From the NCBI GenBank assembly GCA_963575745.1, contig CAUYUJ010000315.1, positions 1 through 64,000 of the forward strand: a stretch of 64,000 bases of DNA, given 5' to 3'. How positions within the stretch are numbered: position 1 is the first letter of the stretch; every line of letters starts with the position of its first letter. A model generated the notes under the pieces. The model did not search any database, had not been told where the DNA came from, and saw only the letters and a list, made by a program, of their open reading frames with translations. The translations under genes and the position numbers were made by a program. The stretch is from Prorocentrum cordatum (Eukaryota). Positions 35,858 to 44,530 of the stretch are shown piece after piece.

Positions 35858-38200
35858 TCACATTGACAATTTGGACGCCATGGCTGAGACCTTACGGCAC
35901 ACGATAGCCTCATCGAATGCGCGGGCTAACTGCTGACACAGGCGGGAGGGATACGCCTCGGCTACGGCGGTCCAGAACCGTCGATCGGGCGCACGCCCCT
36001 CCAAACCTTGGTGGGGCAGTCCTGTACGACTGCAGCAGCCTTGAGTGCGCTGGCACAGTTTCACCAAGGATGTCAAATCAATGTAAGTACCTAAGAAGCT
36101 GGTGCGCTTCCGCCAGGGGGTACCCCATTGGCAGAAATCTGTACTGACGAGAGACCATCGCGTGGACCTGACAAGCGAGGCGACTGGCGGCGCGAGCCAA
36201 AGTCGAGAGGTGGACGGGTTTTCCATCACACACGGCACCTGCATGCGACGGGCGACGGTTAGAACCGAAACACTGAAGCGCATCATCTGATTCCCAACAT
36301 CTACAGCGGCTTGTGCCGACGGTATCAAGTTGGGCAAGCCTAAGACACATGTGTCCGAGCGGAGACGGGGAGGACCAGGTTGGATATCTCTGGCGCGTGA
36401 CCAGCTGCCACACGGCGTTCCCAGATGCACACCTAAGATGAGTCCCGCTTGGATCCAGCCCCGAATCAGACGTTGCCTCGAAACGTCACGGAGATCAAAC
36501 AAGGGCCCGTGCTTAATGTCCCACGCAAGCACATGATACCCCTTTCGCGCCATCGCTCGTGCGAGGCGCCCAGAGCCTGAAAAAATCTCTAGGAAAACTC
36601 TCACAGTCAGCGAGCCAGGCACTGCAGGGCAGCGAGCCTCCCTCAGAGAACCTCGCGGAGCACGCTGAGGCGGTCCAACACGGGGCTCTCGTCGAACTCT
36701 GCCGTCTCGCAGGGCCGCGACTCTCCGCCGACGAGTGGATGTAGCACCCGGGCCCAGTCGCGGCTGAGACGCGGGTCGCACCATTGTAGGGCGGCCAGCA
36801 TTTGAACTCCGTGCCAGGAGTCGACGCCCTCCAGGAGCTGCCCCAACATCCTCTTCGCGAGTCTGTCGTCCAGCGCGGCGGCAGCCTCGGGAGCCAGTGG
36901 GATACCCCTCTGGCCGTCGAGGGAGAGCATCGGCTGCGTATGTAACTCTTGCTCGGCCAGCCAGTCGGTGGTCTCGGCGCCCACCGGCTGGAACCTGGAC
37001 GTCACTGTCTGCGTCCGCACTGTGCTCAGCTGTGGCACGTCCAGCGTCTCCGCTTCGGCCAGCGTGGCTCCGCCCCGGGCCAGCTTCCGCCGCTCCACCA
37101 CGTTGGCCGCAGGCGTAGCCTGCGCCGTGAAGGGCGGTGGCGAGCCAGCCAGGGCGACGCAGAGAGGCCTCCGAGGCGACGGTGCCGACGTCGCCCGGCT
37201 CGGCGGCGCTGCGCGGCTCCGCGGGACCGAGCGGGCCTCCTCCGCCTGGCCCGCCGCCCGGCGACGCTCCAGCCTGGCCGTATCCAGCACGAGCATAACC
37301 AGCGTGCCGCAGCCCTCGCGAAGGTCCGTCGGCAAAGTTCCACTCACTGGGCAGCCAGCGGGCACTGGGCCGGAGCCCCGTCGCCGCGACATGTGCTGCC
37401 ACGGAGCGCAGCGCGCCGCTGACGCCGGGGGCCGAAGACCGGCCCTTGCCCAGAGCCAAGACGGACGAGAGGGAGTCGGAGAGCAGGAGGTGATGACAGT
37501 CAAAGGCCTTCGTGGATCTGCAGATGTGCTTTACCCCAAAAGCGATAGCCCTGGCTTCCCCCTCCACGATGTTGTCAGGCGGAGATCCCCACTTGTGCGA
37601 GCCCACCACAGCCCAACCTTCGTCACGAACCGCTTCGGGAAGACGACCAGCGGCCCGCGTGCGGGCCTCGTTGCTAGCCTCCTCATCCCCCACGAACTGC
37701 TGGAAGTCCTTGGAGCTCTCTAGAGGCTTTGTCATGATCCCGTCGTCATGGGAGCCTGCAGCCCAGGCCCTGGAGAGCACCTTGTTGTCGCCCAAGAAGC
37801 GCCACCGTTCGGAGAAACAGCCCATCGAGCCCACGAGGTCCTTGTCGAGGTCCTTGCAGACCAATCCGAAGCCCCAAAAAGACGCGTCCGTGCACATCAC
37901 CTTAGGGCTCCATGACACCTGCAGCTTCCTGGAAATCAGACACAGCAAACTCGAGAACGTACTTAACTCCCAACGGACGGACTCCCAGAGAGGGACCGCG
38001 GTACAGTGGCCCAGCCGCCGAATAAAAGCATAGACGGACCTGAAGATCGACAGATGCTCACGGCAAAGCAGCGCTACAAAGGTACAATGACCCAACACCT
38101 TCTCAACTTCTTTTGGACTCACCACGGCCTTGCTTGTAAGACAATCGAGCGCCATGCGAAGCCTCCACAGCCTTGATCTCTTTGGTCGAATCTCTCTCTC
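35858..38200 (-). CDS. DIRS RNase H, linker and C5 DNA methyltransferase (DNMT ~35858-36605) in one frame
   Basis: TDASFWGFG, EGEARA, LSDS, WLPSEWNFADGPSR (RNH); FLEIFSGSG (I), GTPCGSWS (IV), MENP (VI), PWRKRT (VIII), AYPSRLC (X). Confidence 0.9.
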   Translation of the reverse strand, partial: EREIRPKRSRLWRLRMALDCLTSKAVVSPKEVEKVLGHCTFVALLCREHLSIFRSVYAFIRRLGHCTAVPLWESVRWELSTFSSLLCLISRKLQVSWSPKVMCTDASFWGFGLVCKDLDKDLVGSMGCFSERWRFLGDNKVLSRAWAAGSHDDGIMTKPLESSKDFQQFVGDEEASNEARTRAAGRLPEAVRDEGWAVVGSHKWGSPPDNIVEGEARAIAFGVKHICRSTKAFDCHHLLLSDSLSSVLALGKGRSSAPGVSGALRSVAAHVAATGLRPSARWLPSEWNFADGPSRGLRHAGYARAGYGQAGASPGGGPGGGGPLGPAEPRSAAEPGDVGTVASEASLRRPGWLATALHGAGYACGQRGGAAEAGPGRSHAGRSGDAGRATAEHSADADSDVQVPAGGRRDHRLAGRARVTYAADALPRRPEGYPTGSRGCRRAGRQTREEDVGAAPGGRRLLARSSNAGRPTMVRPASQPRLGPGATSTRRRRVAALRDGRVRREPRVGPPQRAPRGSLREARCPAVPGSLTVRVFLEIFSGSGRLARAMARKGYHVLAWDIKHGPLFDLRDVSRQRLIRGWIQAGLILGVHLGTPCGSWSRARDIQPGPPRLRSDTCVLGLPNLIPSAQAAVDVGNQMMRFSVSVLTVARRMQVPCVMENPSTSRLWLAPPVASLVRSTRWSLVSTDFCQWGTPWRKRTSFLGTYIDLTSLVKLCQRTQGCCSRTGLPHQGLEGRAPDRRFWTAVAEAYPSRLCQQLARAFDEAIVCRKVSAMASKLSM
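36643..37100 (-). pseudogene. Probable internally deleted tyrosine recombinase remnant in an overlapping frame
   Basis: Occupies the position where YR is expected. Helical N-terminal region (LDDRLAKRMLGQLLEG..MLAALQWCDPRL) and LHP..ETAEFDESPVLD resemble DIRS YR segments from recall. No HxxR/Tyr catalytic C-terminus is visible. Confidence 0.5.
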
Positions 38201-39551
38201 GCCCACGAATCTCCCACCCCAGGATGTCGGCGTTATGATCACACATACAGACCTCATGAGTGGGTAACCCTCTGGACGTCAAGGCTGCGTTGACGAGCTT
38301 CACAGCGCGGGAAACGGCCTCGGGATCTGTACCCAAGGCGAGAAAATTATCCACATATACGGTCATCGCCAGTGGCTGCACCGGCGGCGCTACACTCTTG
38401 TCTGAAATGAACGGGACGTCGAGCAGCGCGGGGATGGAGCTCACGATCCCGCGGTGAATGGTCTGGCACCAATACAGCGCATGCGACCAGCCCATGGGCA
38501 GCACCGCCAGGACTGGCCACACACGGCTGCCCGGCGCGAGGGACCTTCCACCTAAGACACTCAGCCCCATATCACCTGCCTTCACCGCTGGCAGCGTGAA
38601 GTAGTCCCGAAAAGCCTCCGGCAATCCAAAGTGATAGAAAGCGTCGCAGATATCCACGTGACCGACGTAGAGCTGCTCTCCCTCTGGCACGGCTAGCTCT
38701 CCAAGTGCAGAGCCCGTCGCCAGCGCGACTGTCGAAGGCCTCTTGAACCAGCAGTTAGCCCGTCGGCAGTCAATAACCATGCGCTGCTTGCCAGACTTCT
38801 TACGCACGAAGAAGAGGCCGCACCTCTCACGTGGCGCGGCAGAGAAAGTCACCATCCCCGCCGCATGCAAGCGCCGCACCAACCCAGTATAGGCATGTGG
38901 CTGAGCGCGAAGGACAGCATCCATGTACGGCTGTCGCGGAGCCTCAGAGAGGTTGGAATCCGCATCCTTGCGTGGAAGGAGCTGCTCGTGTATTGATGCC
39001 TCGACATCTAGATCGCCCACGCCTGCAACCAGCTCCCCAAGCGGCACAGGCACGTTGCCGGCCTCGGGCAGCGAGACGAGGGAATCGTCGAAGCTGACGA
39101 CTGGCGAGTCGATGTCCTCGTACACGCCAGCACCGCGGAGCTCACGGAGGGCTCCTGCGGGAGTGAGGCCAGCTGGCGGGGGGCCCAGCGCGGCGGCAGC
39201 ATGACGAACTCGCTCATGTACCAAGCGATGGGGTAGCCGCTCCGCCAGGCCAGGAGCTCCGGGCGCCCCTGGCCGACCAGCCAGATCATTGAGGGCCCCC
39301 AGGGCGCGATTGGCTTCAGCCACTTGAGCGTCACGCCGCAGAAGCCGGCGCCGCACCGAGCGGTTCACCACGCCCTCTGCTGGAGCCTGGCCGTCCCGAA
39401 GTAGCGGGACAGGAAAAAAGTCTCGACGGTCTGGAACTCCGTCGAACTGAATTCGCCCAGGTAAGCATGCAGGAGAGCCCTTGGGCTCGGCGGCCTTGAA
39501 GCTCGAGAAGGAGGCGGCCGCCTTCAGGCCTCCTTCCCGCGACGCCGTCAT
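38103..39551 (-). CDS. DIRS reverse transcriptase (frameshift into RNH at the (GA)5 run, ~38191-38200)
   Basis: FFVRKKSGKQRMVIDCR, DICDAFY, LPMGWSHA, YVDN, ILGWEI. Confidence 0.93.
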   Translation of the reverse strand: MTASREGGLKAAASFSSFKAAEPKGSPACLPGRIQFDGVPDRRDFFPVPLLRDGQAPAEGVVNRSVRRRLLRRDAQVAEANRALGALNDLAGRPGAPGAPGLAERLPHRLVHERVRHAAAALGPPPAGLTPAGALRELRGAGVYEDIDSPVVSFDDSLVSLPEAGNVPVPLGELVAGVGDLDVEASIHEQLLPRKDADSNLSEAPRQPYMDAVLRAQPHAYTGLVRRLHAAGMVTFSAAPRERCGLFFVRKKSGKQRMVIDCRRANCWFKRPSTVALATGSALGELAVPEGEQLYVGHVDICDAFYHFGLPEAFRDYFTLPAVKAGDMGLSVLGGRSLAPGSRVWPVLAVLPMGWSHALYWCQTIHRGIVSSIPALLDVPFISDKSVAPPVQPLAMTVYVDNFLALGTDPEAVSRAVKLVNAALTSRGLPTHEVCMCDHNADILGWEIRGRERDSTKEIKAVEASHGARLSYKQGRGESKRS

Positions 39552-40981
39552 GACTTCCCTCCGCCGCCGTCCCCTTTGGGACCTTTGCGGCGGAGCTCTC
39601 GTTCTTCTCGGGCCTTCCTGATGTTCTTCATGATGGCGGCGTCCTTCTCGACCTGGCCTTTCACGAACTCGAGGAGCGTAGGGGCCACCATTAGAAGGTC
39701 CCCAGCCTTGCTGAAGCCGCTGAAAGCCGAGAACTCCTCGGGACTCATCTTGTCCTTGGAGCTAGCCGAGTCGGCCTCACGCAAACGATCGTGGTAGCTC
39801 CACTCGATAGTCTGCGCCCGCCGAAAAATGGCCTCGGCGAAGGCGCAGTTGCTGAGGTCCAGCTGATCATAAGTGCCCGCCAGCTCGATATACTTCATGA
39901 GCTGCTCATGCTCCTGCACCCCCCACTGCTCCGACTGGAGCCTCGCCGTCGTCTTGAACATCAGATGATGATCCGTAGGGGTGTGCCGCCGCCGCAAGAA
40001 ATCCAAGCACCACCAAGCTGACCGAGGCCCTGCCACGGGGAAGTCACCAAACGGCTCCTCCTCGCAGGCGTCCACGACCTCGCGCCACTCTCGGCCTCGG
40101 CCCCGCGGCCCACTCTTCACCGTCAGTGTTCGGGCATCTCCTCCTCCCCCGTTCCCGGCGCCAGCGCTCAAGGGGTGGCCCTCGCCACTGCGCAGGCTCA
40201 TCACGAAGGAGTCCTGGTCGAGCCCCGTCAGGTGCACCACCACGGCTCGCCCGGGCGCTGCGAGGTACAGCCCCTTGCCGCAGAGAGACTGCGCTGGAGG
40301 CCCCAACTCGTCTCCCAGAGCGATGCGGCAATGCTCGTCGGCCTCGGCTGCTCGCCATGCACGGCCGCTCGACCGCGGCGTGCTGGTCCCCTCAACCGCA
40401 GGCCCCGGGGCGCCGCTGTCGCCGACGCCCTCCGCGGCCGCCGCAACCGATCCAGAGTGTCCCCCGTGGTCGCCTCCGAGGTCCAGACCAAGAGGAGGTC
40501 TCTTGCCCGTCATCCGTCGGCCCCCGAAGAAGTTGGCCCCGAGCGCCTCCTGCACGGCCACGTCTCGCCCCGCTGCAGTTCGCACCGCCATCGGCGTCTC
40601 CAGCTGCACCCCGCGCGCCTCCGCATCGGCTTGGGCGGCCGAGAAGGCCCGACGATAGAGGCCCTTCATCACCTCCTCCGTCGGCGACTCCTCGAAGCGA
40701 TACGCCCGCCCAAGCCCACTGGGAAGCCGCAAGTCCCGCGGCATCTCCAGCCACTCGACGGGGCTGTCGTCGGGCGACCCTCCTTCAAGCTCCTCGATGT
40801 ACATGTCACGATCGGGGGTGTACACCACCCAGCAGGTTCCTGGAAGCCCGGCGCCAGCAGTCTCACTGGCTGCTGGGTACAGCAGGATCCGCTCGTGCCA
40901 GAGGTCGTCCCCTGCGTAGCGCACCACCGCTCTGCAGCCCGGGAGAAGCCGCCGCGAGGATCCCCTGGGCACCAGCGCCAT
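39548..40981 (-). CDS. DIRS ORF1 (gag-like)
   Basis: Long complex ORF directly upstream of RT. Its stop overlaps the RT start as ATGA (39548-39551). First ATG at 40981. Confidence 0.8.
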   Translation of the reverse strand: MALVPRGSSRRLLPGCRAVVRYAGDDLWHERILLYPAASETAGAGLPGTCWVVYTPDRDMYIEELEGGSPDDSPVEWLEMPRDLRLPSGLGRAYRFEESPTEEVMKGLYRRAFSAAQADAEARGVQLETPMAVRTAAGRDVAVQEALGANFFGGRRMTGKRPPLGLDLGGDHGGHSGSVAAAAEGVGDSGAPGPAVEGTSTPRSSGRAWRAAEADEHCRIALGDELGPPAQSLCGKGLYLAAPGRAVVVHLTGLDQDSFVMSLRSGEGHPLSAGAGNGGGGDARTLTVKSGPRGRGREWREVVDACEEEPFGDFPVAGPRSAWWCLDFLRRRHTPTDHHLMFKTTARLQSEQWGVQEHEQLMKYIELAGTYDQLDLSNCAFAEAIFRRAQTIEWSYHDRLREADSASSKDKMSPEEFSAFSGFSKAGDLLMVAPTLLEFVKGQVEKDAAIMKNIRKAREERELRRKGPKGDGGGGKS

Positions 40982-41396
40982 CGCGAGGCTCAAGGTGAGC
41001 TGACGCGGCGCGGCTGAGGCGTCCGAGTCCGAACCCCGCGAGCAGCGCGAGCAGCACCAGTCCTATCGCGGCTCCCCCGCCGACACAGCCTTCCACCGCC
41101 TCGCGCAGCGCCCCCACGACCGCGTCGGCGACCGCGTCACACACCGGCCCGCCCCCGGCCGCCAACCAGGGAGGGCTGCCTCCCCCGCCGCCCCCGCCAG
41201 CCGGAGCCCCGCCGCCCCCGCCTCCCTCCCCGCACGTGCAGAAGCACGCGGGGCAGGGCGGGTACGGCGGGCAGGGGGGCGCCGCAGGGCAGCTGGGCAG
41301 CAGCGCCCACGATGCGCCAGCGTGGAAGCCCGCGCGAGCAATCTCGCGGATACCCGAGGCGCTGGCCTCGACGAGTGGTCGCAGGGCCTCCTTCAT
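40863..41396 (-). CDS. DIRS upstream small ORF: Cys/Pro cluster plus one predicted transmembrane helix
   Basis: ATG 12 nt after repeat A1. SCPAAPPCPPYPPCPACFCTC and hydrophobic AAIGLVLLALLAGFGLG. Overlaps the ORF1 start. Confidence 0.55.
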   Translation of the reverse strand: MKEALRPLVEASASGIREIARAGFHAGASWALLPSCPAAPPCPPYPPCPACFCTCGEGGGGGGAPAGGGGGGGSPPWLAAGGGPVCDAVADAVVGALREAVEGCVGGGAAIGLVLLALLAGFGLGRLSRAASAHLEPRDGAGAQGILAAASPGLQSGGALRRGRPLARADPAVPSSQ

Positions 41397-41485
41397 GCCC
41401 TGGAAAAAGACTTTGAGCAAACAGCCATGGATGGACGGCAGGGCAGCGACAACTAGGGATTCAAAGACGTGTGGAACACTGAACT

Positions 41486-42045
41486 ACATCTGGCACGTTC
41501 ACTATGGAAATTCGTGAAGTTCCTGCAGAGGCTTAGAACAAGTGCGCGCGGCGCTGAAGCGAGAACCACCCACCCTCAGTATGCGAGCTCTTGCACATGT
41601 CCAAGACGAGTGTGTGCGGCGTGAAGGCGGGAACCGCATTTAGAAAACTACCCGTCCTCTATCCGTGGAGCGCTCTTGCAAATATTCTAGAGGAATGCGC
41701 GCGGCGCTCAAGCGCGTGCCACATGTTGAAGACGATCCGTCCCCGATCCGTGGAACTCTGGCAAATGTTTGAAACACATGTGCTCGTTGCAAAGGCGAGT
41801 GCCACATTTTGAAAAAAAGAGCCGCCCTCAACCCTTGAAACGCTTGCAAATCTCTAAATCAAATGCGTGCGGTGCTAAGGCGAGAGCCACATTTTGGAAG
41901 CGGCCCGCCCTCCATCTATGAACTTGTCGCCAACATCTACACTCCAGGGTCATACACAGTGAGGAAGTATTCGGCGCAACGTCTGGGCCGTTCTTTGGAC
42001 CAGCCACTGGGTGCGACAGGGAGGGAGTACTCATAAGGAAAAGGA
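41486..42045 (+). repeat. Dispersed repeat family A, copy 3, 3' part
   Basis: ~82-bp subunits and terminal GGGTGCGACAGGGAG. Joins 35382 colinearly with the other copies once the insertion is removed. Confidence 0.8.
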
Positions 42046-43866
42046 ATGGAGGAGGAGGAGAAGGAGGAGGAGGAGGAGGGGGCGGAGGAGAAGGAGAAGG
42101 AGGGGGCGGAGGAATGATGATGATGATGATGATGATGATGAGGAGGAGGAGGAGGAGGAGGAGAGAACAACGATGAGGAGGAGGAGGAGGAGGAGGAGGA
42201 GGAGGAGGAGGGGGAGGACGAAGGGGATGAGGAGAAGAAGGGGGGAAGAGGAGGAGGAAGGAGGAGGAGGTAGGAGGATGAGGGAGGATGGGGAGGAGGA
42301 GGAGGAGGAGGAGGAGGAGGAGGGAGGAGGAGGAGGAGGAGATGGAGGAGGAGGAGAGGAGGAGGAGGACGAAGAAGGAGGAGGAAGAGGGGGAGGAGTC
42401 CAGGGAGGAGGAGGAGGAGGAGGAGGAACACGATGAGGAGGAGGAGGGGGAGGACGATGGGGATGAGGAGGAGGAGGAGAAGGAGGAGGAGGAGGAGGAG
42501 GAAGAGGAGGACGAGGAAGGAGGAGGGAGTAGGGAGGATGAGGGAGAGGAAGAAGAGGAGGAGGAAGAGGAGGAGAAGGAGGAGGATGAGGAGGAGGAGG
42601 AGGAGGAGGAAGACGAGGAGGAGCAAAAGGAGAAGGAGTAGGAGGAGGAGAGCGACCACCAGCAACAGGTGAAGGAGGCGGAGGAGGAGGACGAGGAAGG
42701 GGAGAAAGAACCCAGAGACAGGACGCCCCGTCAGCCTGAGCCCGAGCAGGACGAGGGGGAGGAGGATGAAAGGAGGAGGGCGGACAAAAACGGGGGGACT
42801 TGCCTGACATCGCGCGCATGGAATCCGTTCCCTCCTGAGGATTGCCGGAGGTGGGATGCTGAAGTTCGCGCGCGCCACACACACACAAATACCAGCCCCC
42901 CCACCCGCCCACGCCTGCTCGGGAAGTTCCGCCTACACCAGCACGGCATCATCCTCTGTCCGCCTGCACTCCCGCGCGGCACCCCTTCAAGAGAGGAACC
43001 GTCATGCGTCGCATCGGCAGGGGGGCCTCGCTCCGCGATCAGGGGGGGGTCTCCCTCTGCCGGCGGGGTTGCGCGCGCGGCTGGGCACCGCTCGCGCGGC
43101 GCGGGCGGACGGGGGGTCTCGCGCGGGGGGGGGGGGGCGCAGATGCGTCGCGCAGGGAAAGGGGGCCTCGCCCCGCGGATCGGGGTAGGCGCGCCTCGCG
43201 GCGCGCCACTGGGCGCGCGCGCGCGGCCGAGGGGGTCGCGCAGCGGGGGCGCGGCTGCCTCGCCTCCGCGGGGGCCTCGCTCCGCGACCGGCCGGGGGCC
43301 TCGCCCCGCGCCTGGGCAGCGCCTCGCTGCGCGACGGGGCAGCGCCCAGTCGCAGGGGAAGGCCTCGCGCGGGGAAAGGCGCGGAGGCGTTACCTCCGCG
43401 GCGCGGGGGGTCTCGCTCCGCGCCTGTTGGGGGCCTCGCTCCGCGACCGAGGGTGCGCCTCACTGCGCGACTGGGCACCGCTGGCGCAGCGGGGTCTCGC
43501 GCGGGGGCACCGCGTCCGTGTCCCATGAGGAAGCCCGCTTGGGGCAGCACTTGAGGAGGAATCCTGCGGGCAGGCAATGGGGCCTCCTGCCTCCCATTCG
43601 GCAGGGCCTCATCCAGAGGCATTGCATTGCAGTGGCCGCAGGGGCACTGCAAGAAGCAGCCCAACCTGTGCTACGAAAAAGACGAAGGAGGCGCAGCCCG
43701 CTTTCTTGCCTCGCCCGCCCCGTCGTTCGTCCGAGGCTCCACTGAAAGCTCCGACCTGACTTCAGAGAAGGGGGGAGGGGGAGGATAGCAAGGGGGGGGA
43801 CAAGTAGGGGGAGGACGATGCGGGTGAATGCAAGGACTAGGGAGGGAGAGGAGACAAGCATGCCAC

Positions 43867-44229
43867 TGATGATGCTGATGCTGATGCTGATGCTGAAGCT
43901 GAAGCTAAAGCTGATGATGATGATGATGATGATGCTGATGATGATGCTGATGATGCTGATGATGCTGATGATGCTGATGGTGATGATGGTGATGATGGTG
44001 ATGATGATGATGATGGTGGTGATGGTGATGATGATTATGATGCTAATTCTGATAATAATGATGATGATGTTGATGATGATGATGCTGATGATGATGACGA
44101 TTATGGTAATGGTCATGATGATGGTGATCATGACGATGATGATGATGATGATGGTGATGCTGATGATGATGCTGAAGATGATGATGGTAATGATGATGAT
44201 GATGGTGATGATGATGCTGATGCTGATGC

Positions 44230-44270
<41 letters not shown>

Positions 44271-44530
44271 GCTATGATGATGATGCTGCTGCTGATGATG
44301 ATGATGACGATGATGATGCTGCTGATGATGATGCCGATGATGAGGAGGCTGCAGCTGTTGATGATGCTGATGATGCTGATGATGATGGTGATGATGAGGA
44401 GGAGGGTGGTGGTGGTGATGATGACGAGGGTGATGATGGTGATGGTGATGGCAACAACGATGACAACGTCGATAACGATGACGACGGCGACGACGACGAC
44501 GATGGTGATAAGTGCGATGATGGTGAGGAG
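43867..44530. repeat. (GAT/GCT/GGT)n triplet microsatellite
   Basis: Directly visible. Source of the poly-Met/His/Ile ORF artefacts. Confidence 0.95.

Larger units (their letters stand above)
35383..41485 (-). mobile_element. Tyrosine-recombinase retrotransposon (DIRS order, Ngaro/PAT-like split direct repeats) with C5 DNMT
   Basis: Element-sense layout A1(41408-41485)-ORFs-B1(35654-35790)-A2(35580-35657)-spacer-B2(35383-35519). A copies identical, B copies with 1 mismatch. Contains gag-like, RT, RNase H, YR remnant and DNMT regions. Confidence 0.93.
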
